DNA of 39,074 bases. It comes from Octopus bimaculoides (Eukaryota). This document shows, one piece after another, positions 34,451-39,074 of the stretch. The stretch covers positions 85,700,037 to 85,739,110 of the forward strand of contig NC_068987.1 of the NCBI RefSeq assembly GCF_001194135.2, read 5' to 3'. Under the pieces are notes generated by a model. That model was not told where the DNA came from and searched no databases. It saw only the letters and a list, made by a program, of their open reading frames with translations. The position numbers and the translations under genes were made by a program. Position 1 is the stretch's first letter, and the number at the start of each line of letters is the position of its first letter.

Positions 34451-34849
34451 CCAATCACCACCTCTTTCTCCAAGCCCAGTTACTATCTTTGTTCCATTCA
34501 TTTTCAGTCCTATTTTTAAATTTCATTTTAATTAACTTACGCGAGGTGATAAATTGCGTGAGTGTGAGTTCAAATTATATTCACAACTAAATTAAGCTTT
34601 CTGTATGAATATAAATGCAATTGTGAATTAATGAATGCAATTGCCAGGCATAACAAAGGCGCTGGTTGATTGGCAAAAGTGAGCGCTCAATCAAAAATTC
34701 GATGCTAAGAATATATGGAAATATATGCAAATATTAGGAGAGCGGTTGCAAAGGGAAGTTTAAAAGTGTAGAAGATAAACACAATGGGAGTTAGAAAAAG
34801 ATGATCCATGAAAATTGAATATCTGTACCAAATAGCGGAAGTGAGATCC

Positions 34850-35400
34850 TCTAGCTGCTATCCTTCATTTAAACATGGACATTTTTTTTTACACAAGTGA
34901 AGATATCAAGGCACCACGGTTGAAGGCCAGCATGGTATAAGGTATGCCTGCACCAATCGATGACTACATGCTGTATAAGCTGGTCAAAATGAATATATTT
35001 TCTTATGACCTCTTCTCTATAGAGTGTGAGGGACATAATAATTTCAAGGTCACGGAAAAGGCAAAGGTGAAGTTTGCGAGGTTACACAAAGTAAAGAGTG
35101 TAATGTTTTAGGCAGACATTGCCGTAGTAGGATGTCTAGTGGGATATACCAGTATCAAGTAATTAGATGTCAAACATCCAAAAGCCTTAGAAATGTTACA
35201 CCATACTGCTGAAATGATGGGAAGTATGCAATCTACTTTGCCGTTTCTCAAATACCATGATAATGTTACCAAAGATCCAAACATCAAGATGAATAGATTT
35301 ACGTCTCTTTGGAATTGGCTACGAACAAGAAATCTGTATTGCAACCCTAATTGGAATTGAGAAGACGATCAGGAATATATGAAATTATGGCCTAACTCAA
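34850..35400 (+). mobile_element. Heavily decayed RTE-clade LINE C-terminal fragment
   Basis: One mostly continuous frame with stops: VTEKAKVKFARLHKVKSVMF*ADIAVVGCLVGYTSIK*LDVKHPKAL...PFLKYHDNVTKD, then by shift LELATNK. It aligns by eye to the RTE pattern VLE.A....I.SML.Q.QLRW.GHV.RM.D.R.PK.......P..RYKD..K.....WE.LA.NR. Confidence 0.5.
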
Positions 35401-35499
35401 CCTAATGAAAATGAACACAGCAAATTATCCACAGTCGTCTGAAGGAAACTCTGTGAAATATAACCCACTATTGAGATATTATGGTCATAAATCCTAAAT

Positions 35500-35790
35500 G
35501 ACTGCACGTTGCAGGGCAGCCTGTCGTTTTATTTCTGACACAATTCGGCAAGGAAGAAACCCAATTCGCTCCCTTAATGCTGATGAAGGTAGAGAGACAA
35601 TCTCGAGTGGCGAAATTATTCGATATAAATGCACAATTCTCATGTATTGCTGCGAAACACTTCCTTGTGTGTAGTACAAGGCATTCTGCTTCAAGCGTCT
35701 CTTAAACACTGACACAAATGATGCAACTGTTTTAAGAATTTCAAAACTGGACAAGAAATTGTAAATGATTAACTGAGATAACTGCACAGT
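35500..35790 (+). mobile_element. Possible second decayed RTE fragment
   Basis: Plus frame DTIRQGRNPIRSL...IIRYKCTILMYCCETLPCV* resembles the RTE motif RI..GR.AF..L...Y...IL..LLYGCETW. Confidence 0.3.
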
Positions 35791-35987
35791 GGTACCCAAG
35801 AAGCTTTTTGAGTTGAAGATAGCAGCTTGAAGGTCATGTACAATCATAGATATTGAATCGTAAGCTTGTGTGATATATGTTTTCAGATATGGCCGGTGAT
35901 CCCAAAATGACCAAAAGTCAATGTAATCTGTTATTGTTTTATATCCTCATCGACTTCGACCAAATATAAAATCTTGATATCGTTTAT

Positions 35988-36134
35988 AAATCTTAATATT
36001 TACAATTGACGGATATTTGTTCTCATCTTTGTTGTTAACGCAATGTTTCGGCTGATATACCCTCCAATCTTTATCAGGTGTCTTCGAGAAATTTCGAACC
36101 TGGGTTCTCATTCCTGAGGTATATTTCGATGTTA

Positions 36135-36172
<38 letters not shown>

Positions 36173-36251
36173 GAGGTTACTACCTGGAATCGAACTCAGA
36201 ATCTTGGGGTTAGTAGCCCGCGCTCTTAACCACTACGCCATATACCCTCAG
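35988..36251 (-). mobile_element. Composite SINE-like element: tRNA-like head (36175-36249), (AAT)12 (36137-36172), and a 3' module containing a hammerhead-like motif
   Basis: Minus head gagggtatatggcgtagtggttaagagc (A-box) gcgggctactaacccc (anticodon-like arm) gagttcgattcc (B-box); no CCA or proper acceptor stem. Tentative 7-bp flank repeat cgtttat at 35981-35987 and 36252-36258. Confidence 0.75.
36037..36082 (-). ncRNA. Degenerate minimal type I hammerhead ribozyme motif
   Basis: Minus strand GACAC CTGATAA A GATTG gagggtatat CAGCC GAAA CA TT GCGTT. This gives stem I GACAC/GCGTT, core CUGAU(A)A plus an extra A, stem II hairpin, GAAA, a two-base helix III and a putative NUH of AUU. Confidence 0.6.
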
Positions 36252-37325
36252 CGTTTATCATTTTAGAGATTACCAATCTGGTCAATTTCCGGAATATTTG
36301 TCACAATTAGGAGAAAGAATACTTCCACTTGGGAGAAAAATGCTGCCATTCAGCCAATATGTACGGTTACTAATAAGATCGATATTATAGTTGACCCGTA
36401 ATTTGCATCACCATTATCAAAAACAGATGGGTGCGTGGAGAGCAGTACATCCGCTTCATAAATATTGCAACCAATAAAATCAACTGACAAAAGGAACAGA
36501 TATATGTAAGACATAATCATGCATACAAGTCTACTGGTTTTGTGCTGGAAGAAATAATTTACAATCCTGCAGGATTGAAAGTTACAAGCTTCGAGGTTAT
36601 CGTCACGAAAACTTCAGTTAAAAAAAAAAACACAAAAGGATCAGTAGTAATGTGTGATGTGATATAATCCAGCTGTGTTTAGGAAGTGGTACAAATATAA
36701 TATTTGAAGTTCAAGTGGGCTTAAAAAGAACAAATGCAGTTATGTTTAGAATCGCAATTCACTTATTTATTTATTTAGAAGGCCTTGTTTAGCTGTCAAT
36801 ATACTTTGCTATTTCATTGAATAAATTTCCAAGGGCACATAATAATAGCATATGTCGCAAACTACGTTGTTGCGAATCCTCTTTTTTATACGTCTAATAT
36901 TTTTGCAGGATACTCATGGATTAGCATCTCCCTAAATCTCATTATACGTCAACTTGTAAAGACAAAAATATTAAAGTATTATGCACATAGCGGTTCTGGT
37001 ATAAGTGATCAGAATCCAGAAATGCATGATATGTGCGTGCCTAGTACTGTATAAGGTGGAGATCATTGCAATTTCAATATTTCGATATTGAAGTTTCCTT
37101 TGACTATTAATGTTTAATACGAATGTATGCAGAACAGTGTATCAGACAACGAAATGCAATTTTAAAAAAAAATATTATTTATCATATAGAATGAAACATT
37201 TCAAGAGGGAACAAAATTTGTCACCCGTATTTATTCTCAATTCTAAATTCTCTTAAACATATATAGCCAAATTAGTGTAATGTTCTTGTTTTTTATGACA
37301 GCTGAACATAAAATCAAATATTAAC

Positions 37326-37356
<31 letters not shown>

Positions 37357-37372
37357 TGTGTGTGTATGTGTT
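37326..37372 (+). repeat. (TG)n microsatellite
   Basis: Direct reading. Confidence 0.95.
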
Positions 37373-37529
37373 TAGGAAGAAAGATAGCTTCAAGCAATCA
37401 GTAGTAAATATAAAAGAAAAAAGGCTTCATTAAAATCTTCTTTCAAAATTTAATGTTTGGAAGAGAAGCAGATGAACTACATTTTTATTAATACTTTTTG
37501 ATAGGAATGATGATGGATGGAGAGAAATC

Positions 37530-38112
37530 ATTTATATTCTTTTCTACTCTAGGCACAAGACCCGAAGGAATGGAAGGTAAAGTCGACCTCGGTGAAATTT
37601 GAACTGTGAACATAAAGACGGATAACATACCACGCAGTTGGACTGGCGTGCTAACGTTTCTTATTTCTTTATTGCCCACAAAGGGTTAAACATAGAGCGG
37701 ACAAACAAGGACAGACAAAGGGAATAAGTCGATTCCATCGACCCCAGTGCGTAATTGGTACTTAATTTATCGACCCCCGAAAGGATGAAAGGCAAAGTCG
37801 ACCTTGGCGGAATTTGAACTGAGAACGTAACAGCAGAGGAAATACCGCTAAGCGTTTCGCCCACCGTGTTAACGTTTCTTATTTCTTTATTGCCCACAAG
37901 GGGCTAAGCATAGAGGGGACACACAAGGACAGACAAAAGGCTTAAGTCGATTAGATCGATCCCAGTGCGTAATTGGTACTTAATTTATCGACCCCGAAAG
38001 GATTAAAGGCAAAGTCGACCTCGGTGGAATTTGAACTCAGAAGGTAACGGCAGACGAAATACCGCTAAGCATTTCGCCCGCCGTGTTAACGTTTCTGCCA
38101 GCTCGCCGCCTT
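37530..38112 (-). mobile_element. Head-to-tail trimer of SINE family A (units 38112-37880, 37879-37662, 37661-37530)
   Basis: 218-bp period. Only the first unit has the aaggcggcgagctggc head. Candidate TSD gagaaatc at 37522-37529 and 38114-38121. Confidence 0.9.
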
Positions 38113-38861
38113 CGAGAAATCTTCTTTGTTACTCTGTTACTATTGTTTCTGAATGTGGCTCAAGTGTTAATAACGTGATACTCATCTCTATAAATGATCA
38201 GATATATACATTGCACTGGAATTTTGACAACTGTTGTCCTTATAACACTTACATATACCCGAAAAAAGAATACTAGAACCATTTTAGCAAGAAACAAGAT
38301 AAAGAAATCCTACAAAAGGATGAAAGATACTCAAAAATATATTTAAGCATGCCCTGCTTTGTTACATAATTTATATCCAACAGAGTGGCTTTCAGCTAAA
38401 TACGCAATATTTATACAAAACTTGTTTATGATGTTTGATTAGATGTACATAGGGAATTGACTGACTTATAAACAGTACCGAATTATTTTTTTTAATATTC
38501 TGACATTATTTTCTTAATTCATAAATGTACTAACATCCAAAGTTGGTTCATGCAAAGCATGGAATTACACAGAATATGGGTCTTGACTATAGAAGTGTAA
38601 AGGAATATACATTTTCATAGGACTTCGAAATTTGAAATCAATCCTTATTTTTCAGTGATGACCGTTCTTTTCTGATCTTTCCCATTCTATTTCCTAAAAT
38701 TGACATCTTGAAAGGTCACCAGCACTTTTGAGAAAATATGTTTATTTACAAATATGTTGATAGGTGTACAGTGCGAAGAAAAAAGAAAGTAAAAAGAAAA
38801 AGGGATGTTTAATGAAATTTCAATGGATTGACCACATAAAATTGACAAAAGAAACTATAAC

Positions 38862-38874
38862 TCTCTCTATCTAA

Positions 38875-38924
<50 letters not shown>

Positions 38925-39074
38925 GTGCGCTTGTCCGTTTCTATCTATTTGTCAGTTTGCCTGATTGACTGTCGGCCTCTCTGCCTGTCTGTCTGTCAGT
39001 CTCTCTCTGTCTGCCTGTCAGTTTGTCTGCCTTACTATCATCTGCTTGTATGTCTGTCTGTCTGTCTTTCTCTC
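38862..39074 (+). repeat. (CTAT)n grading into decayed (CTGT)n/(CT)n microsatellite
   Basis: Direct reading. Confidence 0.9.

Noticed and set aside
35575-35630. CTGATGA...GAAA motif
   Set aside because: No consistent stem I, II or III and no NUH in the right position.
35494-35847. 117-aa minus-strand ORF
   Set aside because: No recognisable domain. The antisense plus frame carries an RTE-like ILMYCCET motif with stops, so it is better explained as the shadow of a decayed LINE. An exon is not strictly excluded.
36175-36249. tRNA gene with an ACT anticodon
   Set aside because: The acceptor stem cannot be formed, the anticodon and T stems are mismatched, and it is followed by (AAT)n. It is a SINE head or pseudo-tRNA.
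37530-38112. CRISPR-like or satellite array
   Set aside because: The units are about 218-bp SINE copies with no spacers; the context is eukaryotic with no cas genes.

Overview
AT-rich animal genomic DNA from a draft assembly with 7 N-gaps, six of them abutting (TA)n or (TG)n tracts. The repeat families look like those of octopus or another coleoid cephalopod. That is pattern recognition, not a database result. No complete protein-coding gene, rRNA, bona fide tRNA, CRISPR array or operon is supported, and almost all supplied ORFs are artefacts of microsatellites, gaps or antisense frames. The window reads as intronic or intergenic sequence containing about 25 tRNA-derived SINE copies from at least five modular families. 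It also holds decayed non-LTR retrotransposon fragments (two copies of one CR1/L2/Jockey/I-supergroup-like family and two or three RTE-like pieces), the 5' part of a Tc1/mariner transposase, and many microsatellites. A few short segments have good splice signals and may be exons of an unidentified host gene. The strongest lead is at 35988-36251 (minus strand): a tRNA-like Pol III head, then (AAT)12, then a degenerate minimal type I hammerhead ribozyme of the kind known from Penelope-like elements, i.e. a candidate ribozyme-carrying SINE. Next are a near-perfect 59-bp-arm hairpin (2835-2960), a head-to-tail SINE trimer apparently inserted as one unit (37530-38112), and in-window evidence of SINE module swapping and LINE-SINE tail sharing.
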